A stretch of DNA of 32,000 nucleotides, taken from Erysipelotrichaceae bacterium MTC7 (GTDB taxonomy: Bacteria > Bacillota_I > Bacilli_A > Erysipelotrichales > Erysipelotrichaceae). This document shows, piece by piece, positions 19,193-27,604 of the stretch (position 1 is the stretch's first letter; each line of letters begins with the position of its first letter). The stretch lies in the NCBI GenBank assembly GCA_001695645.1, contig LVZN01000005.1, positions 30,001 through 62,000 of the forward strand. The letters are read 5' to 3'. The position numbers and the translations under genes are program-made. The notes below the pieces were generated by a model. The model searched no databases and was not told the origin of the DNA. It saw nothing but the letters and a program-made list of their open reading frames with translations.

Positions 19193-19263
19193 TAATGAGC
19201 ATTTGACAAGTAAAATACTTTCAAATCATATATGATTAAATAAACAATAGGAGGAAAGGGTAC

Positions 19264-20817
19264 ATGGATTTTATAATAGATGTGTTGACGCTTCTTCATG
19301 ATCGCGCTGATTTTTTCTTGAACTTAGTGTTTCAACATTTACAAATATCTCTGATTGCCATATTGATTGCAACCATTCTTGGATTGCTATTAGGAATATG
19401 GATTAGTGAGCACCAAAAAAGTAGTAATTTAGTGATTGGAATTGTCAATTTTATATACACAATACCTTCAATTTCACTACTGGGTTTTTTGATTCCTTTT
19501 TCAGGCATTGGAAATACAACAGTTATTATTGCCCTTGTTGTATATGCATTATTACCAATGGTTCGAAACACCCATACAGGAATTACCAATATTAATCCTG
19601 CAATTATCGAAGCTGCCAAAGGGATGGGTAGTACAAAGATGCAGATATTATGGAAAATTAAATTGCCATTAGCACTACCAACCATCATGTCAGGATTCCG
19701 CAACATGGTTGTCATGACGATTGCCTTAACGGGTATTGCTTCATTTATTGGAGCTGGTGGATTAGGGGTTGCTATTTATCGAGGAATTACAACCAATAAT
19801 GCAGTTATGACTTTTGCAGGAAGCTTACTAATTGCCTTATTAGCATTTTTTATGGATTTTATCTTTGGTCGTTTGGAAAAAGCACTAACTGCACGTCGAC
19901 CAAATGCAAAACGAAAAGTGTTCGTAGAAATTGCAAGTGCAGCGATTGTTGTTTTATTAGTGTTTGCAATGTTGTTTAGTAATTTATTTGGAAAAACTGA
20001 TAAAGTTATTCACCTAGCAACAAAACCAATGACTGAACAAATGATCATTGGGGAGGCATTGAAAATGATAATCGAACAAGAAAGTGATCTTACTGTAGAA
20101 ATCACTGAGGGTGTTGGTGGAGGAACAAGCAATATTCAACCAGCAATGGAAAAGGGTGAATTTGATATATATCCAGAATACACAGGTACAGGATGGAATG
20201 CAGTACTAAAAGAAAAGAGTATTTACCATGAGTCGATGTTTAAAGAACTACAAGACAAATACAAAGAGGCATATGATTTCTCTTGGGTTTCTGGCTATGG
20301 ATTCAACAATACCTATGGAATTGCTGTTGCTAAAGATATCGCTCAAGCATACAACATCAAAACGTATAGTGATCTTGCCAAATACACACCACAATTAACA
20401 TTTGGTGCGGAGTATGATTTCTATGAACGTGAAGATGGATATGAGGCACTACAAAGTGCATATGCTTTCAATTTTAAAGAAACCGTGGATTTGGATATTG
20501 GCTTAAAATATCAAAGTATCCAACAAGGTGATGTAGATGTCATTGTCGTATTTACAACAGATGGTCAATTAAATGATGATCGAATTGTTGTACTAGAAGA
20601 TGATAAAAACTTCTTCCCTTCATATATGGCATATAACGTTGTGCGTAATGAAACATTAACGAAATATCCAGAACTCAAAGAAATTTTGGATCAACTGGAA
20701 AACAAGATTAGTGATTCAACAATGGCTCGTTTGAATTATGAAGTAGAAGTAAATAAAAAAGAACCAAAACAAGTAGCAAAAGAGTTCCTAGATGAACTTG
20801 GTCTACTAAAGGAATAG
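19264..20817 (+). CDS. ABC transporter, fused permease + substrate-binding domain, quaternary-amine/compatible-solute type (OpuF/ProWX/EgtU-like)
   Basis: The N-terminal ~210 aa form a BPD-type permease (EAAKGMGSTKMQILWKIKLPLA EAA loop). The C-terminal ~290 aa form an OpuAC/OpuCC-like binding domain (DIYPEYTGTGW). Confidence 0.85.
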   Translation: MDFIIDVLTLLHDRADFFLNLVFQHLQISLIAILIATILGLLLGIWISEHQKSSNLVIGIVNFIYTIPSISLLGFLIPFSGIGNTTVIIALVVYALLPMVRNTHTGITNINPAIIEAAKGMGSTKMQILWKIKLPLALPTIMSGFRNMVVMTIALTGIASFIGAGGLGVAIYRGITTNNAVMTFAGSLLIALLAFFMDFIFGRLEKALTARRPNAKRKVFVEIASAAIVVLLVFAMLFSNLFGKTDKVIHLATKPMTEQMIIGEALKMIIEQESDLTVEITEGVGGGTSNIQPAMEKGEFDIYPEYTGTGWNAVLKEKSIYHESMFKELQDKYKEAYDFSWVSGYGFNNTYGIAVAKDIAQAYNIKTYSDLAKYTPQLTFGAEYDFYEREDGYEALQSAYAFNFKETVDLDIGLKYQSIQQGDVDVIVVFTTDGQLNDDRIVVLEDDKNFFPSYMAYNVVRNETLTKYPELKEILDQLENKISDSTMARLNYEVEVNKKEPKQVAKEFLDELGLLKE

Positions 20818-20829
20818 GAGGTGGTTTTC

Positions 20830-21558
20830 TTGAATACGATTATTGAATTTAAACATGCAAGAAAGTCCTATGGAGACCATGTAGTCATTCCTGATTTGAA
20901 TTTAAAAATTGAAAAGGGAGAATTTGTGACACTTATTGGCTCTAGTGGGAGTGGAAAAACCACCATCTTAAAAATGATCAATGGACTGATTCCATTAGAT
21001 GCAGGAAATGTATATGTGGAAGGAAAAGATATCGCTTCAGAAGATTTGATTTGCTTGCGACGTAATATCGGCTATGCAATTCAAGGAAGTGGATTATTTC
21101 CACATATGGATGTTGAAGATAACATTGCCTATGTACCTAATTTATTAAATAAGAAAGATAAGCAACGTACAAGAAAGGCCGTTGAGAAATGGATTCAAGT
21201 AGTTGGATTAGAAAGAGATTTACTAGATCGCTATCCTGATGAGTTATCTGGTGGACAGCAACAACGTGTAGGAATTGCTCGTGCACTAGCTGCCAGTCCA
21301 GAAATTTTACTGATGGATGAACCTTTTGGAGCAGTAGATGATATTACCCGTCATATGTTGCAAGATGAAATCAAAAGAATTCATGAACAAACAGGTGTGA
21401 CAATTGTTTTTGTTACGCATGACATTCGTGAAGCATTGAAATTAGGAACTAAGGTCATTGTTTTGGAACATGGAGAAATCGCGCAATATGATACACCAGA
21501 AGCCATTCAACAAGCACCAGCAAATGATTATGTAAAACAACTCATATCAGACAAATAA
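20830..21558 (+). CDS. ABC transporter ATP-binding protein (short, no CBS tandem)
   Basis: Walker A GSSGSGKTT, signature LSGGQQQRV, Walker B LLMDEPF. The TTG at 20830 lies 8 nt after AGGAGG (20816-20821). The track start, GTG at 20821, is the alternative. Confidence 0.88.
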   Translation: MNTIIEFKHARKSYGDHVVIPDLNLKIEKGEFVTLIGSSGSGKTTILKMINGLIPLDAGNVYVEGKDIASEDLICLRRNIGYAIQGSGLFPHMDVEDNIAYVPNLLNKKDKQRTRKAVEKWIQVVGLERDLLDRYPDELSGGQQQRVGIARALAASPEILLMDEPFGAVDDITRHMLQDEIKRIHEQTGVTIVFVTHDIREALKLGTKVIVLEHGEIAQYDTPEAIQQAPANDYVKQLISDK

Positions 21559-21598
21559 AAAACATGCATGTCCATAAAAATGGATATGCATGTTTTTT
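21557..21598. terminator. Bidirectional terminator between the ABC ATPase (+) and CLC-F (-)
   Basis: aaaaaacatgcatgtccat aaaa atggatatgcatgtttttt is a long, nearly perfect hairpin with A/T runs on both sides. Confidence 0.8.
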
Positions 21599-21599
21599 A

Positions 21600-22811
21600 T
21601 TATGAAGCATGATACTTTTGTGCGCTATAGATCGTATACTTTTGATTCACTAGATAGGCAACAGCACATACAAGTAAGAAATAGGGTAGATAACTAAATC
21701 CAAAGACTTCTACACCAATAAAGGATGGAGCAAGAAATGTACGCGTTGCACTCCCAAAGACACTTGCATAACCTAAAGCTGCTACAAATGTAAACGGCAA
21801 TTGGAAAATAGAAGATAGCACAATACCAAAACTTGCGCCAGTAGCAAATAAAGGAGTCACTTCACCACCAAGAAAACCAACCCCAATGGTAATAACGGTA
21901 AGTCCGATTTTGATTATCCAATCATAGTCATAAATCGCATGTCCCTGAAAACTATCGTTAATAAGGTTTGTCCCTAACCCTGAATAACGTCCACTATATA
22001 AAAGGATAGAGGCAATAGAGATAAAGATTCCGCCAATGATGATACGGATGATTGGGTTAGGAAAATATTTGGCAAAAAAGGTTTTTGATAGTTGCAGCAG
22101 TTTTGCAAAGACTATTCCAACTAGACCAAATAAGATACCAATTGCAATGAGTTTCACAATAAGCATAGGTGAGAATGGAACTTGATCTTGTAGTGCAAAA
22201 CTAAACTTCTCTAAACCTAGATATGATGACATTGCGCTTGCACTAAAAGCTGCAACCAAGGCAAAGGGAATTGCTTTGTAGTATAACTTACCGACAATAA
22301 GAACTTCTGTGGCGAAAAAGGTAGCAGCAATTGGAGTTTCAAATAATCCGGCAAACCCAGCAGCAATCCCAATAACGATAAATGTTTTACGATCATTATC
22401 TAAGTGGAAAATGTTTCCTAGACGATTGGACAAGGTTGCACCAAGTTGAACGGCAACACCTTCACGTCCAGCACTCCCACCAAATAAGTGAGTAAGCCAA
22501 GTACCTAAAATTGAAAAGGGAATCATACGTAAAGGAATGTATGTTTCATTTGTCTTTTCATCAGCGGTCTCAAAGACAAGCGTCATTCCTTTTGTTGCAG
22601 ATGAACCATATCGTTGATAGATGTAAGTAAAGATTGTCCCAACAAATGCTAAAAAGGGTATGAAATAGATAAAGTGTTCCACTCGAAAGTCACTAATACG
22701 TAATAATACCCTACCAAAAATGGTATCGATTATGCTGACACTAATACCAATAATCATGCTAAGTAGAAGTAACAGCAGTGTGTGTTTTATACGGGTGTGT
22801 GATGAATTCAT
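21600..22811 (-). CDS. CLC-family channel/antiporter, CLC-F (EriC-F) fluoride/proton antiporter type
   Basis: About 400 aa with no cytoplasmic CBS domains. It has GGSAGREGVAVQLG (Glu-ex motif) and GGEVTPLF where canonical CLCs have GxFxP. KGMTLV sits where canonical CLCs have GSGIP. As I recall them, these substitutions are hallmarks of the fluoride clade. The gene lies downstream of a fluoride riboswitch. Confidence 0.8.
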   Translation of the reverse strand: MNSSHTRIKHTLLLLLLSMIIGISVSIIDTIFGRVLLRISDFRVEHFIYFIPFLAFVGTIFTYIYQRYGSSATKGMTLVFETADEKTNETYIPLRMIPFSILGTWLTHLFGGSAGREGVAVQLGATLSNRLGNIFHLDNDRKTFIVIGIAAGFAGLFETPIAATFFATEVLIVGKLYYKAIPFALVAAFSASAMSSYLGLEKFSFALQDQVPFSPMLIVKLIAIGILFGLVGIVFAKLLQLSKTFFAKYFPNPIIRIIIGGIFISIASILLYSGRYSGLGTNLINDSFQGHAIYDYDWIIKIGLTVITIGVGFLGGEVTPLFATGASFGIVLSSIFQLPFTFVAALGYASVFGSATRTFLAPSFIGVEVFGFSYLPYFLLVCAVAYLVNQKYTIYSAQKYHAS

Positions 22812-22824
22812 AACGAGTCTCCTT

Positions 22825-22857
22825 TAAAAAACACCTACACACAAGCAGTGGTAGATG
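22825..22857 (-). terminator. Intrinsic-terminator-like hairpin plus T6 immediately abutting the CLC-F Shine-Dalgarno
   Basis: Minus strand reads ACATCTACCAC tgctt GTGTGTAGGTGT TTTTTT AAAGGAG. That is an 11-bp stem with one bulged T and one GU pair. Confidence 0.55.
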
Positions 22858-22884
22858 TTTGGTGTGATATGTTTGACTACTTGT

Positions 22885-22913
22885 AGTATGTAGCAACAAT
22901 GACATGCTGTCAA
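22885..22913 (-). promoter_or_regulatory. Candidate sigma-A promoter (TTGACA-17 nt-CATACT) between the antiporter stop and CLC-F
   Basis: Perfect -35 at 22913-22908, exact 17-nt spacer, and a 4/6 -10 at 22890-22885 on the minus strand. Confidence 0.4.
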
Positions 22914-22926
22914 TTGAAGTGAAAGC

Positions 22927-24099
22927 TTAATGTTGTAGCAGTTTTTTATAAAGTGAATCAATGGCAAATGCACCAAGTGGTGCAGTAAGTAAAATGGCAA
23001 GAATGGAAACAGCAAGCACTAAATCTCCGCATGCAAGTCCCATACTTAATGGGATGGGACCTAAGGCAGCTTGCACGGTTGCTTTGGGTGTATAGGCAAT
23101 CATGGTAAAGATGCGTTCTTTGCGATTGAGTTTGCTTTTTACTAAACAGATAAGGACACCTACCATTCGAAAGAGTAGTCCAAATAGTAAAAGTAGAATT
23201 GCTAGTACACCAATCGTTTGAATATACGAGATGTTGATAGAAGCGCCAACTAAAATAAATAAAACAAATTCAGCGACTACCCATAAATGGTCATAGCGAA
23301 ATTGCAATCGACTTGCCAATGTACTGTAGAATTGGTTAGTTGCAATTGCCATACTCATAATTGCCAACAAAGCAGAAAATGGGATGTTAGGAAATTGATC
23401 TTGTATTTGAAGTAGTAAAAATGCAGTACTCATTAAGATCACAATTTTAATTGTGTCGCGCAGATGTAGTATTTGAAATAGTTTAGTAAGCAAGTATCCT
23501 ACAAGAAAACCAACTGCAATACCTAAAAGAATGGAGATTGGCACATTGATAAAACTTGTAGCATCAACATGGTTTCCAGTTGCTAAAGTTGTACATGCAG
23601 TAAAGATTACAATGACAAATACATCATCAACAGAAGCCCCTGCTAATACCATCTGTGGAATTCCTTGTTTTGTTCCATATCCATTATTCATGATTTGAAT
23701 CATTCGTGGAACAATAACCGCAGGAGATACTGCAGCTAATACACTTCCAAGAATTGCAGCATCAAGTAAAGATATATGAAGTAGTGGCGGTGCAATTAGC
23801 ATTACTCCAATGATCTCAAAACATGCAGGGACAAAACACATCAAAATTGCTGATCGTCCAACCGACTTCAACTCTTGTAAGTTTAGTGATAATCCGGCAC
23901 GCGTTAAAATGATAATTAATGCAATCTGACGTAAGTCATCCGACATTTCTAAAATCTGTCCATCAATACAATTGAGTACATATGGACCCAATAACATTCC
24001 TGTTGCCATCATTCCAATTAAACTTGGTAAATGTAATTTCTTACAAATCGCACTAAATATAATTCCTAATAAAAACATATATGCAAAACTTGTTAACAT
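22927..24099 (-). CDS. Cation:proton antiporter (CPA1/Na+-H+ exchanger family)
   Basis: 390 aa polytopic protein. LGPYVLN...RQIALIIILTRAGLSLNL...AAVSPAVIVP...GASVDDVFVIV is typical of Na_H_Exchanger-family proteins. GGAGGT lies 5 nt before the ATG. Confidence 0.85.
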   Translation of the reverse strand: MLTSFAYMFLLGIIFSAICKKLHLPSLIGMMATGMLLGPYVLNCIDGQILEMSDDLRQIALIIILTRAGLSLNLQELKSVGRSAILMCFVPACFEIIGVMLIAPPLLHISLLDAAILGSVLAAVSPAVIVPRMIQIMNNGYGTKQGIPQMVLAGASVDDVFVIVIFTACTTLATGNHVDATSFINVPISILLGIAVGFLVGYLLTKLFQILHLRDTIKIVILMSTAFLLLQIQDQFPNIPFSALLAIMSMAIATNQFYSTLASRLQFRYDHLWVVAEFVLFILVGASINISYIQTIGVLAILLLLFGLLFRMVGVLICLVKSKLNRKERIFTMIAYTPKATVQAALGPIPLSMGLACGDLVLAVSILAILLTAPLGAFAIDSLYKKLLQH

Positions 24100-24110
24100 G
24101 TTATACCTCC

Positions 24111-24197
24111 AAAAAAAAGCTAATGAACTGCATAAAAAATGCAGAAATCATTAGCTTGCGCGGTTTCGATAATGTAATCGAGGGAGATTTCATTCCC
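24111..24197 (-). promoter_or_regulatory. Fluoride riboswitch (crcB motif) variant: aptamer ~24197-24144 plus terminator expression platform 24156-24111
   Basis: Minus strand reads GGGA-AUGAAAUC-UCCC / UCGAU-UACAUU-AUCGA / AAC-C-GC-GCAA-GC-UAAUGA-UUUC. The P1 loop GAAAUC is complementary to GAUUUC after UAAUG (pseudoknot). This aligns with the remembered T. petrophila aptamer GGGCG-AUGAGGCC-CGCCC-AAACU-GCCC..GGGC-UGAUGGCCUC. The terminator AGCUAAUGA..CUGCAU-UUUUU-AUGCAG..UCAUUAGCU plus U8 sequesters the 3' aptamer half. Confidence 0.7.
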
Positions 24198-24204
24198 TGC
24201 GCAT

Positions 24205-24233
24205 AGTATACAAAAGATTTAAGTGTTTGTCTA
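24205..24233 (-). promoter_or_regulatory. Promoter of the fluoride operon (TAGACA-17 nt-TATACT)
   Basis: -35 at 24233-24228 and -10 at 24210-24205 on the minus strand. The predicted TSS (~24198) falls at the first nucleotide of aptamer stem P1. Confidence 0.55.
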
Positions 24234-24329
24234 TGATTACATTGCATATTTCATCATCTTTTCGGATATAGAATTGTGTCATGTCACAAAATGTACTACA
24301 ATAAAATGGATAAATAAGGAGTGGCGAAT

Positions 24330-26000
24330 ATGTATAAGACAGACTTAGAGATAGCACAGGAAGCAAAACTCCAGCCGATTGTAGAAATTGCAAAAAAAGC
24401 TGGAATTGCACAAGAAGATTTGGAATTGTATGGAAATGTAAAAGCAAAAGTATCGCTTGATGTATTAAAGCAAGCGGAGCACAAACCAGATGGGAAGTTG
24501 ATTTTGGTGACTGCAATTAACCCAACACGTGCTGGTGAGGGGAAAAGCACGACAACTGTTGGCTTGGTTGATGCCTTCAATCAAATCGGTAAAAAGGCGA
24601 TGGTTGCTTTACGTGAACCTAGTTTAGGTCCAGTATTTGGAATTAAAGGTGGAGCCGCTGGGGGTGGTTATGCCCAAGTTGTACCAATGGAAGATATCAA
24701 CCTTCACTTTACTGGTGATATGCATGCCATCACAACATGCAACAACTTAATTAGTGCATGCTTGGATAATCATTTACACCAAGGGAATGCATTAGAAATT
24801 GACAAGGATCGTGTGGTCTTTAAACGTGTCTTAGATATGAATGACCGTGTTTTACGTCAAGTAGAAGTTGGGCTTGGACCAAAAGCAAATGGGGTAGAAC
24901 GTCATGATGGTTTTACCATTACGGTTGCCAGTGAAATTATGGCAGTGTTATGTTTGGCTGATTCTTTAATGGATTTAAAAACACGTATTGGTAAAATTTT
25001 AGTTGCGTATAGTGTAGCGGGGAAACCAATTTATGTTAGTGATTTGGGAATTGCTGGAGCATGTGCGATGGTGATGAAAGATGCCATCAAACCAAACCTT
25101 GTACAAACATTAGAAAACAACCCAGTCTTAATTCATGGGGGGCCGTTTGCGAATATTGCACACGGATGTAATAGTGTTTTAGCAACAAGAACGTGTTTGA
25201 AATTAGCTGATTATGTTATCACTGAAGCAGGTTTTGGTGCAGATCTAGGGGCAGAAAAATTCTTGGATATCAAATGTCGTGAAGCAAACTTGCAACCAAG
25301 TGCAGTTGTGATTGTTGCAACCATTCGCGCTTTGAAACAACATGGAAATGTTGCTTATGAAGACTTGCAAACAGAAAACGTCGAAGCGATGTTGGAAGGA
25401 TGCTGCAACCTGGAAAAACATATTGAAACCATTCAAGCTTTTGGTTTGCCATATGTAGTTGCAATCAACGAATTCGCTACAGATACACCAGCAGAAGTCG
25501 AAGCACTTCAAACATGGTGTAAACAACACAATCACCCAATGTCACTTTCACAAGTGTGGGCAAAAGGTGGAGCTGGTGCAGTTGATCTAGCCAATCAGTT
25601 GGTCGATTTAGTGGAACAAGAAAACACATACAAACCACTTTATGATTTGGATGCTTCAATTGAAGATAAAATCTTGACCATTGCCCAAACATGCTATGGA
25701 GCAAGTGGTGTGCACTATACAGATGAAGCAAAAGCACAAATTGCAATGTTCACTGAACAAGGTTGGGACAAACTGGCAATTTGTATGGCAAAAGTTCCAT
25801 CAAGTTTAACGGACGATGCAAAAATCTGTGGAGCACCAAAAGATTTCACCATCACCATCCGTGAACTACGACCATCGTTAGGAGCAGGGTTCATCGTTGC
25901 CTTAACAGGAAGTGTCATGACGATGCCTGGACTTCCAAAAGTTCCAGCAGCAAATCGCATGGATATTGACGAGGATGGAAATATTACGGGATTATTTTAA
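24330..26000 (+). CDS. fhs: Formate--tetrahydrofolate ligase
   Basis: [13 protein letters not shown]-terminus and P-loop [16 protein letters not shown]. The ATG at 24330 lies 8 nt after AAGGAG and is preferred over the GTG at 24321. Confidence 0.95.
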   Translation: MYKTDLEIAQEAKLQPIVEIAKKAGIAQEDLELYGNVKAKVSLDVLKQAEHKPDGKLILVTAINPTRAGEGKSTTTVGLVDAFNQIGKKAMVALREPSLGPVFGIKGGAAGGGYAQVVPMEDINLHFTGDMHAITTCNNLISACLDNHLHQGNALEIDKDRVVFKRVLDMNDRVLRQVEVGLGPKANGVERHDGFTITVASEIMAVLCLADSLMDLKTRIGKILVAYSVAGKPIYVSDLGIAGACAMVMKDAIKPNLVQTLENNPVLIHGGPFANIAHGCNSVLATRTCLKLADYVITEAGFGADLGAEKFLDIKCREANLQPSAVVIVATIRALKQHGNVAYEDLQTENVEAMLEGCCNLEKHIETIQAFGLPYVVAINEFATDTPAEVEALQTWCKQHNHPMSLSQVWAKGGAGAVDLANQLVDLVEQENTYKPLYDLDASIEDKILTIAQTCYGASGVHYTDEAKAQIAMFTEQGWDKLAICMAKVPSSLTDDAKICGAPKDFTITIRELRPSLGAGFIVALTGSVMTMPGLPKVPAANRMDIDEDGNITGLF

Positions 26001-26006
26001 GTTATA

Positions 26007-26031
26007 AGCCAAGGAAATTCCTTGGCTTTTC
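26007..26031 (+). terminator. fhs terminator
   Basis: agccaagga aatt ccttggct is a perfect 9-bp stem, followed by TTTT. Confidence 0.75.
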
Positions 26032-26377
26032 TTACGTCTTTTCTTATCTAGGCATATGACTGGGCAAAAGGTACTTGCTAAGTTAAGATGAAATAGCGCG
26101 ATGGATATATTCCTTGCGTAAGAGAAGGTTTGGCCATGTATATGGTTCGTGGTGTGGATGATTACTGTAGATAATTACAGCAATCAACAAAAACATCGTG
26201 GAGGCTATTTTATCATAAAAGAATGTTGCAAATAACGCTTCATAACCTCTATGATGTATCGATAGAACAAGTCGTGGGCATCAAAAATGATGCTTGCGAT
26301 TTGTTCTTTTTTTGTATCTGCATTTACCTTCATAAGGAATTGGCATATAATTTAAGGAAGAATTATGAGGTGAAAGA

Positions 26378-27484
26378 ATGAAAATCGGATGTGTTAGAGA
26401 AATTAAGAAACATGAATATCGTGTAGGACTCACACCAGCAAGTGTGCAGGCTTATGTGCAAGCTGGACACGAGGTTTACATCGAAGAAGGTGCTGGAGTT
26501 GGTAGTGGATTTATGGATGAAGCCTACCACGAAGCGGGAGCAACAATCGTTACGAAAGCAAGTGAAGTATGGGAAACTGTCGACATGATGGTCAAAGTTA
26601 AAGAACCACTTGCAAGTGAATATGGCTATTTCCGTGAAGGACTTATCCTTTATACATATTTGCACTTAGCGGCAAATGAAGAATTAACTGATGAATTGAC
26701 AAAGAAGAAAGTAATTGCATTTGCCTATGAAACATTAAGCGATCAAGGAGAATTGCCATTATTAAAACCAATGAGTGAAGTAGCTGGTCGACTTGCCCTA
26801 CAAGAAGGTGCAAAATCATTAGAAGTACATAGCGGTGGACGCGGTGTATTGCTAAGTGGTGTACCAGGCGTCCAAAAAGGAAAAATAGTGATCATTGGTG
26901 GTGGTGTTGTTGGAACCCACGCCGCAAAAGTTGCAGTTGGATTTGGTGCAGACGTTGTCATTTTAGATAAAAGTATTCGCCGCTTGGCACAGTTGGATGA
27001 TATCTTTGGAAACAGCATCCAAACGCTATATTCCACAGATCATGAAATTGAAGAACAATGTCGACAAGCAGACTTGGTTATTGGCGCGGTTTTAATTCCT
27101 GGAGCTGCAGCACCAAAACTAATTAAAAAATCATATTTAGCAAATATGCAACCAGGTAGCGTCATTGTTGATGTTGCAGTTGATCAAGGTGGATGTGCTG
27201 AAAGTACAAAAGCGACATACCATGACGATCCAACCTATGTCGTAGATGGTGTTGTGCATTACTGTGTTGGAAACATGCCAGGAGCAGTTCCAAGAACATC
27301 AACGATTGCCTTAACCAATGCAACACTTGCTTATGGATTACGTATTGCAAATGAATCTATGGAAAGTTTAATTCAAGATCCAGTGATGAAAAGTGCAATC
27401 AATACCTACCAAGGACACATTACCTTTGAAGGGGTTGCAACGGCTTTTGATAAACCATACAAAGATAGCAAAGAGTTAATCTAA
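26378..27484 (+). CDS. ald: Alanine dehydrogenase
   Basis: MKIGCVREIKKHEYRVGLTP N-terminus and NAD fold VIIGGGVVGTHAAKVAVGFGADV. GAGGTG SD. Confidence 0.93.
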   Translation: MKIGCVREIKKHEYRVGLTPASVQAYVQAGHEVYIEEGAGVGSGFMDEAYHEAGATIVTKASEVWETVDMMVKVKEPLASEYGYFREGLILYTYLHLAANEELTDELTKKKVIAFAYETLSDQGELPLLKPMSEVAGRLALQEGAKSLEVHSGGRGVLLSGVPGVQKGKIVIIGGGVVGTHAAKVAVGFGADVVILDKSIRRLAQLDDIFGNSIQTLYSTDHEIEEQCRQADLVIGAVLIPGAAAPKLIKKSYLANMQPGSVIVDVAVDQGGCAESTKATYHDDPTYVVDGVVHYCVGNMPGAVPRTSTIALTNATLAYGLRIANESMESLIQDPVMKSAINTYQGHITFEGVATAFDKPYKDSKELI

Positions 27485-27604
27485 GAAATACACAAAAAAC
27501 CCTTAAAAATAAGAGTTAGGTTGTGAAAACTTTCTCAATAACATGCTTCACTTTTAAAAGAAAATGGAGTATTATAGAGATACTGAAACAGGAGGAATTA
27601 TAAA

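Noticed and set aside
22812-22926. A second fluoride aptamer in front of CLC-F.
   Set aside because: The leader has AAAC tracts but no P1 hairpin with an AUG-type loop, no UAAUGA/UGAUGG element and no loop-tail pseudoknot complementarity. It is reported only as an unexplained promoter/terminator leader.
24190-24580. Antisense or overlapping track ORFs of 60-164 aa. Examples are 573-803, 2171-2482, 7790-8143, 9539-9943, 24190-24516, 24296-24580, 25245-25960, 26363-26665, 28072-28419, 29202-29543 and 29748-30242.
   Set aside because: All lie inside or opposite well-supported conserved genes. Their composition is low-complexity or odd, and they have no SD or family resemblance. They are typical shadow ORFs.
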